This document shows, piece after piece, positions 35,991-48,654 of a stretch of DNA of 64,000 nucleotides (position 1 is the stretch's first letter; each line of letters begins with the position of its first letter). Source of the DNA: Narcine bancroftii (taxonomy: Eukaryota). Below the pieces are notes generated by a model. That model was not told the DNA's origin. It searched no databases and saw only the letters and a program-made list of their open reading frames with translations. The translations under genes were made by a program, and so were the position numbers. The stretch covers positions 207,514,001 through 207,578,000 of the forward strand of contig NC_091473.1 in the NCBI RefSeq assembly GCF_036971445.1, given 5' to 3'.

Positions 35991-36118
35991 TCACTTTATT
36001 TGACACTTTCCTTGTGAACAATGATACGGTCGGGTGGTATCATCAGAGAATGTCACATTGACATTAGTCTGCTGGAAGAATATCGGCACACACGTCGAAC
36101 AGCTGGGACAGTTTCCAT
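35991..36118 (-). CDS. IgW: IgW short-form Cys-rich secretory tail exon, intact
   Basis: ccattttcag acceptor, phase 1; GNCPSCSTCVPIFFQQTNVNVTFSDDTTRPYHCSQGKCQIK*; AATAAA (35995-36000) overlaps the last codons. Resembles, from recall, the Cys-rich tail of skate IgX/IgW short form; not in the ORF track because it is short. Confidence 0.85.
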
Positions 36119-37016
36119 CTGAAAATGGAAGATGCATAGATTTAACCATTAGATATTCTCTCCTCTACTGGCTGCACTGGGAAAGGAAGTACCTCCACAC
36201 AGTCCCGACCTCTATTCTCTGCATTCACCATCTTTTAGGGATGAGATAATGTAAACCAATGATGACCTGTTGTCCCAAGTTCTAATCCCAGTGTTTCTGA
36301 GGGGTTGGCCAACGGAATAATGATCCATCTTTGTGAGTGGATGACCTGCTGGGGAGATTCCTGGAATACTGTGGAGATAGACTGTTGAGATTCATTCACT
36401 CGGCTGGAGCTATTTTTCCAGAAACTGAGACTGCGAAGTGAAAAGTGAAGGTGGAGATTTTCTTCACATGTCTATCGTTTGGGAGACATCTTGCTTATGA
36501 CAGTTTACCATATGACAGTTTACAGCACGGAAACAGGCCATATCGGCCCTTCGAGTCTGTGCCAGTTCACATGAACAACTCCACTAATTTTCCCCTCCAA
36601 CCCCCTCATATCCATGTACACATCCAATCTTGTCTTAAATGACAGAAAGGACCCTGCCGCAACTATCTCTTCTGGAAGATCATTCCATTCTGCCACCACT
36701 CTCTGAGTGAAGAAGCATCCTCTAACATTTCTCCTAAAGTTTTGCCCCCTTACCTTGAACTCATGCCCTCTTGTTCCAACCTCCCCTGCCCTCAGGGGAA
36801 AGAGTCTACTCACATCTAGTCTATCTATTCCCTTCATAGTTTTGAATACCTCTATCATAACCCCCTTCAACCATCTATATTCCGAGGAGTCACGTGATGG
36901 AGTAGTGGCCGGACGGTGAACTCCAGCCCTCTCCAGAAAAGTCGGGAAAAACAAGAGAAAATACAAAGGCACAGAAATACAAGTTAAAGAAAAGTGAGTA
37001 TAAAGGTGGAAAGAAG

Positions 37017-38207
37017 ATGGAGACAAAAGGAGAAAAATCAAAATCAACAGAAAGAAGAGAGGAAGAGAAGACAACGGAGGAAAAAGGTGAAGGCCTTACC
37101 TGTCCGAAGAGGCCCGCTGTGGAGAGAGGAGCCCACTACCTCAGGTCGGTGGAAAAAGAACTACATCAATGGCTCACAGAGCCGAGTAAAAGTGCGCAAC
37201 CGCGCATGAAAAAAAATCACACCGACGGGAGGGGGGACCAGCTGGGGAGTCGATCTCCACAGCCGGCAACGACAGCTGCAGAACACCTGCAGCAAGAAGA
37301 GACCACAGAAGACAATGGAAACAAGAAAGAAGAGGAGGAAAGGGCATCAAAGAAACAACAGATGGCCAACCCAGAGAAAGAAGAAGAGGAAGAATACAGT
37401 GAAATAGATAAAGGGAAAGGCAAGGTAAAGGATATACTTGCTCTTGTTAGAGGATACATGGAGTCATTTAAAGAATGGCAAACACAGGAATTCAATGATT
37501 TAAGAAGAAGAATAAACAACGCAGAAAAGAAAATAAATAAAATGGATATGACCTTAACAGAAATGGGGAAAAAAATGGACAAGATGGAAGAACGGGCAAT
37601 AGCAGCAGAAATGGAGGTAGAAGACTTAAAAAAGAAATTGGAGGAATCTAATAAAAAAACTAAAGAGACACAAGAATTACTAGCCCAAAAAATAGATATA
37701 ATGGAAAATTATAACAGAAGAAATAACATAAAGATAGTGGGCCTTAAGGAAGATGAAGAAGGCAAGAATATGAGGGAGTTTATAAAAGAATGGATCCCTA
37801 AGGCCCTAGGATGTCCAGAACTACAGCAAGAAATGGAAATAGAAAGGGCACATAGAGCATTGGCCCCTAAACCACAACCACAACAAAAACCAAGATCTAT
37901 TGTAGTAAAATTCCTAAGATATACTACAAGAGAAAAGGTACTGGAGAAGACAATGGAAAAAGTAAGAGAGGGCCACAAACCACTGGAGTATAAAGGGCAA
38001 AAAATCTTCATTTATCCAGATATAAGCTTTGAACTTCTAAAGAAGAGAAAAGAGTTCAATACAGCAAAAGCGATTTTATGGAAGAAAGGATATAAATTTA
38101 CACTGAAGCATCCTGCGGTATTGAAAATATTTATTCCAGGACAACAAAACAGACTGTTCCCGGATCCAGAAGAAGCACGAAAATTTGCAGTACAATTACA
38201 AAAATAG
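37017..38207 (+). CDS. L1 ORF1p, copy B
   Basis: Open frame nearly identical to 20693-21913. Confidence 0.9.
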   Translation: METKGEKSKSTERREEEKTTEEKGEGLTCPKRPAVERGAHYLRSVEKELHQWLTEPSKSAQPRMKKNHTDGRGDQLGSRSPQPATTAAEHLQQEETTEDNGNKKEEEERASKKQQMANPEKEEEEEYSEIDKGKGKVKDILALVRGYMESFKEWQTQEFNDLRRRINNAEKKINKMDMTLTEMGKKMDKMEERAIAAEMEVEDLKKKLEESNKKTKETQELLAQKIDIMENYNRRNNIKIVGLKEDEEGKNMREFIKEWIPKALGCPELQQEMEIERAHRALAPKPQPQQKPRSIVVKFLRYTTREKVLEKTMEKVREGHKPLEYKGQKIFIYPDISFELLKKRKEFNTAKAILWKKGYKFTLKHPAVLKIFIPGQQNRLFPDPEEARKFAVQLQK

Positions 38208-38806
38208 ACTGAGGGATGAAGACGGGTAATGAGAGTAAAAATGATCACGATTGATATGTATGTGGGTAAAGACAAAAATAGACTGAGGGATGAAGACGGG
38301 TAATGAGGGTAAAAATGACCACGATTGATATGTATGCGGGTAAAGAGGTATAAGAGTGAATAGAGACAATGGGCATACGTGAAAGTATCTGTAATTAGAG
38401 GAAAACATAGATAGTATAGACAAGAATTAATAAGGGAAGGTAATGGAATAGAGAGAATAAGGAGGGAATTAAAAGAGTGACCTTTGTGACATATGAAAAG
38501 TGAAATCTTTTCTGGGGGGGGCTGGGTGGGGGAAAAGAGCGGTCACTGCAAAATCAGTTGACGCTTGCGAGTGGATTCGCAAATCCAAATGGAGAGGGGA
38601 GATGTGGTTGTCCGACAAGGGATAAAGGACAACTCAGGAGGGGAAGGGGAGATTGGGGATAAAGAAGATAGAAATAGGAGAATAAGGAAAATGTTGGATG
38701 TTGTAGGAATGTTGTCTGGTAAAGAGTTGAAAATAAGAAAACAGAAATGGAAAAGGAGGAAAGGTAATGATGGAAAAACGGAAAGAGAAGATAAACAAAA
38801 TATAAA

Positions 38807-41800
38807 ATGGCTACGCTGAACTATATGACTTTAAATATTAATGGAATACATAACCAAATTAAAGGAAGAAACTACTAAATTTACTGAAAAAGGAAAAAAT
38901 AGATATAGCATTTGTCCAAGAAACACACTTAACTGAATTGGAGCACAAGAAATTAAAGAGAGATTGGGTAGGACATGTAACAGCAGCATCGTATAATTCA
39001 AAAGCAAGAGGAGTGGCTATATTAATTAGCAAAAATGTGCCATTTAAAATAGAAGAGGAAATAATAGATCCAGCAGGGAGATATGTTATGATAAAATGTC
39101 AGATATATTCGGAGCTTTGGAATCTACTTAATATATACTCACCTAACGAAGAAGATCAAAAGTTTATGCAAGATATCTTTTTGAAGGTAGCTAATACGCA
39201 AGGGAACATACTAATAGGAGGGGATTTCAATCTGAATTTGGATCCAAATATGGATAAAACGGGGAAAAAAATTAACAGGAAGAACAAAGTAACCAAATTT
39301 ATAATTAAATCAATGCAAGAAATGAAACTTGTGGACATATGGAGGAAACAAAACCCAAAAGAAAAGGAATACTCATACTACTCGACTAGACATAAAACAT
39401 ACTCAAGAATAGACCTATTTTTGTTATCAGCTAGTATGCAGGATAGAGTAAGAAAAACAGAATATAAAGCGAGAATGCTATCGGACCATTCACCCTTAAT
39501 ACTGACAGTAAAGCTAGAGGACATCCCTCCAAGAATGTATAGATGGAGATTAAACCCCATGCTACTTAAAAGACAGGATTTTAGAGAATTTATTGAAAAA
39601 CAATTAAAAATGTACTTTGAAGTAAATACAGAATCAGTGGAAGATAAGTTTATACTATGGGACGCAATGAAAGCATTCATTAGAGGACAAATAATAAGTT
39701 ATGCAACCAAGATGAAGAAAGACTATAATCAGGAAACAGAGCAGTTGGAAAGGGAAATAATAAACATAGAAAAAAAATTAGCAATAAAGGAAGATACAAC
39801 CAAAAGAAGAGAATTGGCGGATAAAAAAATAAAATATGAAACATTACAAACATATAAGGTGGAGAAGAATATAATGAAGACAAAACAGAAATATTATGAA
39901 CTAGGTGAAAAAACACACAAAATCTTAGCATGGCAGCTTAAGACAGAGCAAACTAAGAAAATGGTATTGGCAACAAGGAAAAAAGACAAACAAATTACAT
40001 ATAATCCAAAAGAAATTAAGGAAAACTTCAGAGAATTCTATGAACAATTATACCGAACTGAAAACGAAGGGAAAGAAGGGAAAATAGATGAATTTTTGAC
40101 TAAAATTGAACTGCCAAAACTACAAATAGAGGAACAAAATAAATTAACAGAACCATTTGGAACAGTAGAAATACAAGAGATAATAAAAAATTTACCAAAT
40201 AATAAGACACCAGGAGAGGATGGACTCCCAATAGAATTCTACAAAACATTTAAAGATCTAATAATACCGCCCCTCCTGGATGTAATCAACTAGATTGATG
40301 AGACACAAAACTTACCAGATTCATGTAAAACAGCAATAATTACAGTGATACTAAAACAAGGGAAAGATCCACGCTCACCAGCGTCATATAGACCAATATC
40401 TCTGCTAAACACAGACTATAAGATAATAGCTAAACTATTAGCAAACAGATTAGCAGAACAGGTACCGAAAATGGTAAATTTAGACCAAACTGGATTTATC
40501 AAAAAAAGACGCACAACAGACAATATTTGTAAATTTATTAACTTAATTCATGCAGTAGAAGGAAATAAAGCACCGGCAGTAGCAGTTGCTTTAGACGCAG
40601 AGAAGGCCTTCGACAGAGTAGAATGGAATTACTTGTTCAAAGTATTGCAAAAATTCAGTTTACCGGAGAAGTATATTAATTGGATTAAAGCATTATATAA
40701 GGGACCGTTAGCGAAAGTAACATTAAATGGACATGTATCAAAGCAATTTAACTTAAGCAGGTCAACGCGGCAGGGATGCCCACTATCACCATTATTGTTT
40801 GCGCTAGCTATAGAACCACTAGCAGAATCGATAAGAATAGATAATAATATAAAAGGAATAAAAATAAAAGACAGGGAATATAAAATCAGTCTATTTGCGG
40901 ATGATGTGATAGTGTACTTAACAGAACCAGAACTATCAATAAAAGAACTATATAAGAAATTGAAGGAATATGGAGAAGTGTCGGGATACAAGATAAACGT
41001 AAATAAAAGTGAAGCAATGCCTATGAATAACGCGGATTTCTCAAAATTTAAGGAGGAATCCCCATTCAGATGGCAAATGCAGGCAATAAGATACCTAGGT
41101 GTGCAAATAAACAAAAATCTAGGCCAATTATATAAACTCAATTACAATCCACTAATGAAAAAATTACAGGACGATTTAGAGCATTGGAAAGAGCTACCAC
41201 TAACACTGATAGGAAGGATAAACTGTATTAAAATGAACATTTTTCCAAGGATACTATACTTATTTCAGGCATTGCCAATACAACTGACAGAAAAATTCTT
41301 CAAAGAGTTAAAGAAAATAATAAGGAGATTTTTATGGAGAGGGGGGAAACCGAGGATAGCACTAGATAAATTAACAGAATGGTATAAACAAGGAGGTTTA
41401 CAATTGCCAAACTTCAAAAATTATTATAGAGCCACACAATTAAGGTACCTATCAGATTTTTATCAAACAAGGGAAAAACCAGACTGGACGAGACTAGAAT
41501 TAGATAAAATAGGGGAAAAGATACCTGAACACATATTATATAAATGGGACGAAAAATTGGTACAACATAGAACTTCTCCAGTATTACACCATCTCCTCAA
41601 TATATGGAAGAAGATTCATGTAGAAAGAAATAAAATAAATTATCAAATACCAAAACTAATATTGACGCAAAATAAGCTACTCCCTTTTACAATAGACAAC
41701 CTTTCCTTTAGAAAATGGGAAAAAAAAGGGATTAAAAGAATAGAAAATTGTTTTTCAGGAAGTAGATTCTTATCCTTTGAACAAATGAGAGATAAGTACA

Positions 41801-42603
41801 ATATAACTGGAGATACAGCGCTGGCATATTACCAACTGAGATCCTACTTGAAAGATAAATTAGGAAGCAATTTGAGTTTACCAGAGGGAAGTAACCTTGA
41901 ATATGTGATTACAGATACAATGTTAATCAAAAGATTTATAACAAATATGTATATTAAACTGCAAGAAAAGGAGAATGAGGAAACAAATGGTAAAACTAAA
42001 CAAAAATGGGAACAAGATTTAAATATAAAGATAAAAAAGGAAACATGGGAGAAATTATGTTCTGGAACGATGAGAAATACAATAAATACGAGACTGCGTA
42101 TGATACAATATAATTGGTTACACAGACTATACATTACACCGCAAAAGTTAAATAAATGGGACCCAACAGTATCTGATAGATGTTTTCGATGTAAAAAAGA
42201 AAGGGGAACAACAATTCATGCAATCTGGACATGTGAGAGAGTAGAAAAATTTTGGGATGATCTCAATCAGATATTAAATAAAATAACAGAAAACAATATA
42301 ACAAAGAATCCAGAGATCTTTCTCCTAAGTAACATAAAAAATAAAGAATTTGGAATTGACTTGGAAGATGCACAAAAAAGATTTGTTAAGATAGCCCTAG
42401 CCGTAGCAAAAAAATGTATTATGTCAACCTGGAAATTGGAAGATAATTTGAAAATACAACAATGGTATATAGAAATGAATAAATGTATTCCATTAGAAAA
42501 AATAACATATAGTTTAAGAAATAATATTGAAATATTCGAACAAGTATGGGAGCCTTACATTAAATACAATAGCGAAAACCTACCGGGAACAAACATTACC
42601 TAA
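38807..42603 (+). pseudogene. L1 ORF2, copy B, disrupted
   Basis: ATG 38807; 1-nt deletion near 38861-38863 relative to copy A; CAG>TAG at 40291-40293. Confidence 0.9.
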
Positions 42604-45180
42604 GTTGATGGAAGGAGAAGAAAAGAAAAGAATGGACTCAGTAGAATTTCTGGTGTATTTTTGTTGAATGACAACATTGTCTGACTGAATTAATGCAACC
42701 TAGATTGTATACCTAAAATGGATGAGAGGGGGGGGGTGGGGGGTTGGCTTGGGAGGAGGGAGGGGGGGGAGAAAAAGTCACTGTAAATGTGTGAAAAAGA
42801 AAAAGTGTATATCATGGCTATTGTGATTTATGGTGTGAAAAATAAAAAATTTAATTAAAAAAAAAACCATCTATATTCCAATGAATAAAGTCGCAGTCTC
42901 CTTAATCTTCCTCTGTACTCTAGATGTTGTAAGCCAGGCAACATTTTTGTAAATCTTCTCTGCACCTGCTCCACCTTATCTATTTCCTTCCTATAATTAG
43001 AGACCAGAACTGAAAACAATTCTCCAAACCTGGCCTCACCAATGCCATAAACAATTGCAGCATCATTTTCCAGCTATATCTAGTCTACGCTATGATTTAA
43101 TGAAGGCCAGCATGCCATATGCCTTCATAACTACCCTGTCTACCTGGGAATCCACCTTCAAGGAACTCTGTACCATAACTCCAAGATCCCTCTGTTGCTC
43201 TGCATTCCTCGACGCCCTCCCTTTAACTGCATATGTCCTATTTTGATTATTTTTTTCCAGAATGCAGCACCTCAAACTTGTCAACATTAAATTCCATCTG
43301 CCATCTTTCAGTCCACTTTTCCAAACAAACCAAATCCTGTAATCCAAGAAAACCTTCCTCACTATCCACCATTCTCCCTCTTTTTGTATCGTCTGCATAT
43401 TTGCTTTCCCAGTTAACCACCCTCTCATCCAAATCATGAATATAAATGATAAACATCAGGGGACCCAGCACCAATCCCTGTGGCACACCGCTCATCACAG
43501 GCTTCCATCCTAACAGATAGTTGTCCACCATGGCTCTTTGCTGTCTGTTTTACAGCCACCTCTGAACCCATCTCACTATCTATTAATCCCTAGTGACTGA
43601 ACCTTCCTAACTAACTTTACATGCGGAACCTTATCAAAAGACTTACTAAAATTCAAATAGATCTCATCATCCGTCCTACCTTCATCCACTTTTCTTGTCA
43701 CCTCTTCGAAAAATTCAACAAAATTCATCAAACATGATTTTCCCTTCACAAACCCATGCTGGGTGCCCCTGATCAATCCCTGCCTATCTAGATATTTGTA
43801 CATACTATCTCTAAGAATACTCTCCATAACTTTCGCCACCACCAAAGTCAAACTTACTTTGACAATTACTTGGCCTGCACCTTGTGCTTTTTTTAAACAG
43901 CAGAATTCAATTGTAACTCTCCAATCCTGCGACACCACACCTTCCTCCAGTGATCTTTGAAAAATCCTGCTATTTGCTCCCTGACCTCCCTTACCATCCT
44001 GGGAAAAATTCCATTAGCACCTGGAGACATCCACCTTTATTGACCCTATAAGCTCCAAAACCCTCTCTTTACTAATCCCTATCCTTTCCATAACTAGGTC
44101 ATTCACCTCATTTATCTCCCATAGTCCAGTGTCCCTTTCCCTCGTGAATACAGAAGAGAAAAAAAATCATTCAATATCTCCCCCATCTCATACAGCTCTT
44201 CACATACGCATAGTCCACCGTTCCCATTTTCCATTGGACCTACTCTATCCTTAACCCTCCTTTCACTGTTCACGTATCTGTTAAAAACCCTTAGAATTCA
44301 CTTTCACCTTATTAGCTATGGACACCTCATACCTTCCTTTTGCCTTTCTAATTTCCTTCTTGAGGTTCTTTCTGCAATCTAAGTAAGGATCATACATCTC
44401 ATCAATCTTTTGTTTCTTATATTTAGCATAGGCCTCCTTCTTATCCCTAACCGTTCCTAATTTTTCTAGAAAACCACGGCTCCCTTGAACTTTTAGTCTT
44501 GCCTTTCAGCCGATCTGGAACATAATGATCCTGTACTCTCAAAATCTCACCTTTAAATACCCTCCAATTTTCCTCTACATCCTTTCTGGCAAAAAGATCA
44601 GCCCACACAACTCTCTGCAAATCCCTTCTCATTTCTTCAAATCTGGCCTTCCCCCACTCGAAGACCTTTGACTTCAGACCCGACCTATCCCTTTCCATAA
44701 TTAAGCTAAAGCTAATGGACCCATGATCATTGGATCTGAAGTTCTCCCCAACACTTACCTCTGTCACCTGCACCATTTCATTCCCTAACCACAGATCGAA
44801 ACTGCTGCCCCTCTAGTGGGCATCTCCACATACTGCTGCAAAAAGCAGCCCTGAACATGTGGTATCAACTCTAAGCCATCTTGCCCTCTCACTGACTGTT
44901 TCCCAATTGATGTTAGGAAAATTGAAATACCCAACCAACACCACACTATTCCTACAGGACATCTCAGCTACTTCCTTGCACATTTGTCTTCTAGTTCCCC
45001 CTTCCCATTTGGCAGCCTATAATATACCCCTATAATAGTAACCTCACCCTTCTTATTTTTTAGTTCTACCCACGCTGCCTCCCTCGATGGCCCTCCTGTC
45101 TATTTTGCCTCAGCACCGCTGTAATATCATCCCTGACAAATAATGCGGTATATAAAAGTCTGTAAAGTCTGAATAAAGCA

Positions 45181-45325
45181 NNNNNNNNNNNNNNNNNNNN
45201 NNNNNNNNNNNNNNNNNNNNNNNNNNNNNNNNNNNNNNNNNNNNNNNNNNNNNNNNNNNNNNNNNNNNNNNNNNNNNNNNNNNNNNNNNNNNNNNNNNNN
45301 NNNNNNNNNNNNNNNNNNNNNNNNN
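45181..45325. other. Assembly gap (145 N) inside an LTR
   Basis: Run of N; both flanks match the 3' LTR collinearly. Confidence 0.98.
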
Positions 45326-48300
45326 AAGTCGCTGCTACAATTGGTGACCCCAAATGCAAGATTCAGCTGAAGCTTGAATCTCCAGTTACCATGGACACAG
45401 CGACAGCAGCAGCTGTTGCCACCACGGCTGCAGTTAATGTGGAGGGACTTCACTTGCCTCCTTTCTGGACCCATCAACCTCAGGTATGGCTTAATCAGGC
45501 TGAAACCTAGTTTTGTCTTGTGACATAATGGTCGAGTTCATGAAATTCTGGCACGTAGTAGGTGCATTGGACGCTGCTACAGCATCTCGAGTAAGAGAAT
45601 TTGTTGCCAATCCCCTAGCGGAAAACCAGTACACCAGGTTCTGCCAATTCTCCTGGACATGCTGGAATTGACTAGACATGAGTGCAGCTTGCGGCTTTTA
45701 AATATGGAGGGCCTGGGTGACAGGAATCCATCCAATTTAACGAATGAGATGCTCGCATTAGCAGATGGTCATTCTAATTGTTTACTTTTTGTGACTTTAT
45801 TCCTGTCCAAACTCCCAGGTCGTGTGGCAATACCAATCATTAACATGGATTTCCACAATCCCCATGACATAGGGGATGGCGGGAGGCTGACAGACTCGAT
45901 CATACTCCAACGCAAAAGTCTGCTCATGTACAGACTGTTTTCGCAGCAGATCCATCTCCCATGTCCGATGAGCAGTTCAGTCAAAGAAGGATGAACAAGC
46001 TGACGGGCGGCGAAAATGGTGTTTTTACCATGGCCGTTGGGGTAAAAATGCCCATAAATAGGTCCCGCCATGTACCTATTTCAGCAAAAAGGCAGGAAAC
46101 GAAAAAGCCGTCTACCCCTTCTGGTGGCAAAGCCTTGGCAGCTGGCACAAGTATGGGTCTATTGTATCTACAAGATGACGCTGGTAAGCACAAGTTTCTT
46201 GTAGACACAAGTGCTGAGGACAGTTTGCTCCTGCCAACCTATTTTGAAATAAAAACCACATAAATAACAACACCTGGCTCTTCAAACAGCAAATGGGACG
46301 ACAATTCCCTGCTTTGGCACATGATTGGGATAGGAGGTGTGACATTCCATTGGAATTGGCTTCCATTGCACAGCCATTATGGGTGCAGATTTTTTAAGGT
46401 CCCATGACTTGCCAGTAGATGTGGAGGAAATTGGTTCATGCTACCACTTTTCAAACAAACCCACTGGTATGAAACAAAGGGAGAGTTTCCCATCTCGGGG
46501 TGCATACCCTGCACAAAGATGCCTATGCTGCTCTTCTCAATGAATTTACCTGTATTCTCTCACCTAATTTCAATACCTCCTAAACAGCCCAGGATGTGTC
46601 CCATGACATAGACACTTCAGGCCCGCCGAATTATGCCAGGGCTCTTCGTCTTTCACCTGATAAACTGCGCAGGCAAGGGCAGAGTTTAGTGCAATTAGGT
46701 TCATTCAGTGCTCCAACAGTCCTTGGGCATCACCGTTACACATGGTACCCAAGAAAACAGGTGGATGGAGACCCTGTAGCAATTACCATAGGGTCATTAA
46801 CTATACCCGACAGATACTCCCTCCCTCATATGCAAGATTTCGCTGCCCATCTGCACAATTTCTGTGCTTTCTCCAAGGTTAATTGTCATGAGATACCATC
46901 AGATCCCAGTCCATAAGGATGACATTCCTAAAACGGTGATTATTACCCCTTCTGGGCTTTTTGAATTTCTTAGGATCCCACTTGAGTTGAAGAATGCTGT
47001 TCCCACCTGCCAGCGGCTTATAGGCACTTTGGGCAGAGATTTAGAGTTCCCTTACATCTACTTGGATAACATCTGGTAAAAACAATGCAGCACAAATATT
47101 CTGTCCAGACCGACTGTATATCATATTCAGGGTGACATTGATCTTCCTGAATTAGCCAGTGTCCAGGCAATGGACCCCAATGTTCAGGCATACAGTACGG
47201 CCATTACTAACCTGGACATACAGCAGGTGACACTACAACTGGGCGGCCAAACTTACTTTGTGACATGTGTTTGTGCTACACTAGACCAGTGATTCCGGCA
47301 TCTTGGAGGCAACGCCTTTTTGATCAGATACACAGCTTGTCTCATCCGTCCATCAGAACATCTGTCAAGCTCATGTCAAATAAATATGTACTGGACTGAG
47401 AAAAGGCGTCGTGCAATGGGTTTGCACATGTACCTCCTGCCAGACTGCCAAAATTCAGTGCCACACTAAGGCACCTCTTCAACATTTCCCAGCGGTATGC
47501 AAGCAGCTGGAACATGGGCTTGTGGACCTGCTTGGACCATTGCCAGAATCTCAAAACATGAGATACATTCTAACAGTTGTAGAACATTTCACGCGCTGGC
47601 CAGAGGCCATCCCGTTGCCATCCAGTGACACTGAGACAAGGGCTAGAGCATTCATCGTCAACTGGATGGCTAGATTTGGTTTACCGACCCACATTACTTC
47701 AGTCTGCAGAACACAATTCACCCATGGTCCAAACAGCCTCGTGGAATGTTCCCACCGGCAACTGAAGTCCCGCACTTAAGGCCGACTCACCGGTCCCAAT
47801 TAGGTTGATGAGTTGTCATGGGTTGTTTTGGGAGTGCGCACGGCTCCAAAGTAAGATATGTCTGCATTGTCCGCAGAGATGGTTTATGGTACGGTCCTTA
47901 CAGTTTCATGGGATATTCATTTCACAACCAACACTGATCTGAACATCCTTCAGCAGCTTCGACATGGTGTACCGATCAGCAAACCTTTTCCTACCCACTG
48001 GCTTGGATCCCCTAAACAGAATGTGCCCACCACTCCTGGATGCTGATTTTGTTTTTGTGCGCAGACATGTCCCAGGAGTGCCGTTACAACAACCGTATGA
48101 GGGCCCTTTCCGCGTGGTGAAGAAGGATGGGGTTGTCTATACTATGGACATCGGGGGACATTTGCAGCTGTTTAGTTTGGACAGACTCAAGCCTGCCCAT
48201 GTGATCCTCCTTCACCCATTCAGTGACCCCAGCCCAGACGATGAGGGCGTCCACCTAAGGTGCATGCAGCTGGTGTTTTAGTTTCTGCCAACAGTTCTGG

Positions 48301-48654
48301 GGGGGGGGGGGTGTAGCAGCTATGTAGCGGGCCGAGTGGGCAAGGTTCTTTGGCGGACGCATGAAATAATAAGACAGACAGTTGGGAACTCATCCATTTA
48401 ATTGACTGCATGCATGTGGTTCTGCGTGCCTAGGAACGGCGCATTGATCTGTGAGTTCTGCCAGAAGGCGCGGGACACTCATGGAGCTTAACTTAAACCT
48501 GTGGTCCCGTGGATCGGCAGCAAACTCATAATGATGTCCAACCATGGAGCCCGGGACATGCGGTAAAGAAAAGAAGCCTGTAAAGACTGAATAAAGCAGT
48601 CTTGTGTTGACTAACCTGGTGTGTGTGTTTGTGTTGCTTTAGTAGCTCTATCGA

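Larger units (their letters stand above)
36884..42864 (+). mobile_element. Full-length L1 retrotransposon, copy B (15-bp TSD AACCATCTATATTCC)
   Basis: TSD at 36869-36883 and 42865-42879; 5' end GAGGAGTCACGTGATGG as in copy A; AATAAA at 42841 and poly(A). Confidence 0.95.
36495..45142 (-). mobile_element. CR1 LINE (EN through RT and 3' tail) split by L1 copy B
   Basis: Tandem tail tatgacagtttac x2 at ~36496-36523; FFTQRVVAEWNDLP, SGVPQGLVLGP, KYADDTK, FSKSFDKVPH, NDHGSISF, ALFVRDDITAV. Confidence 0.88.
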
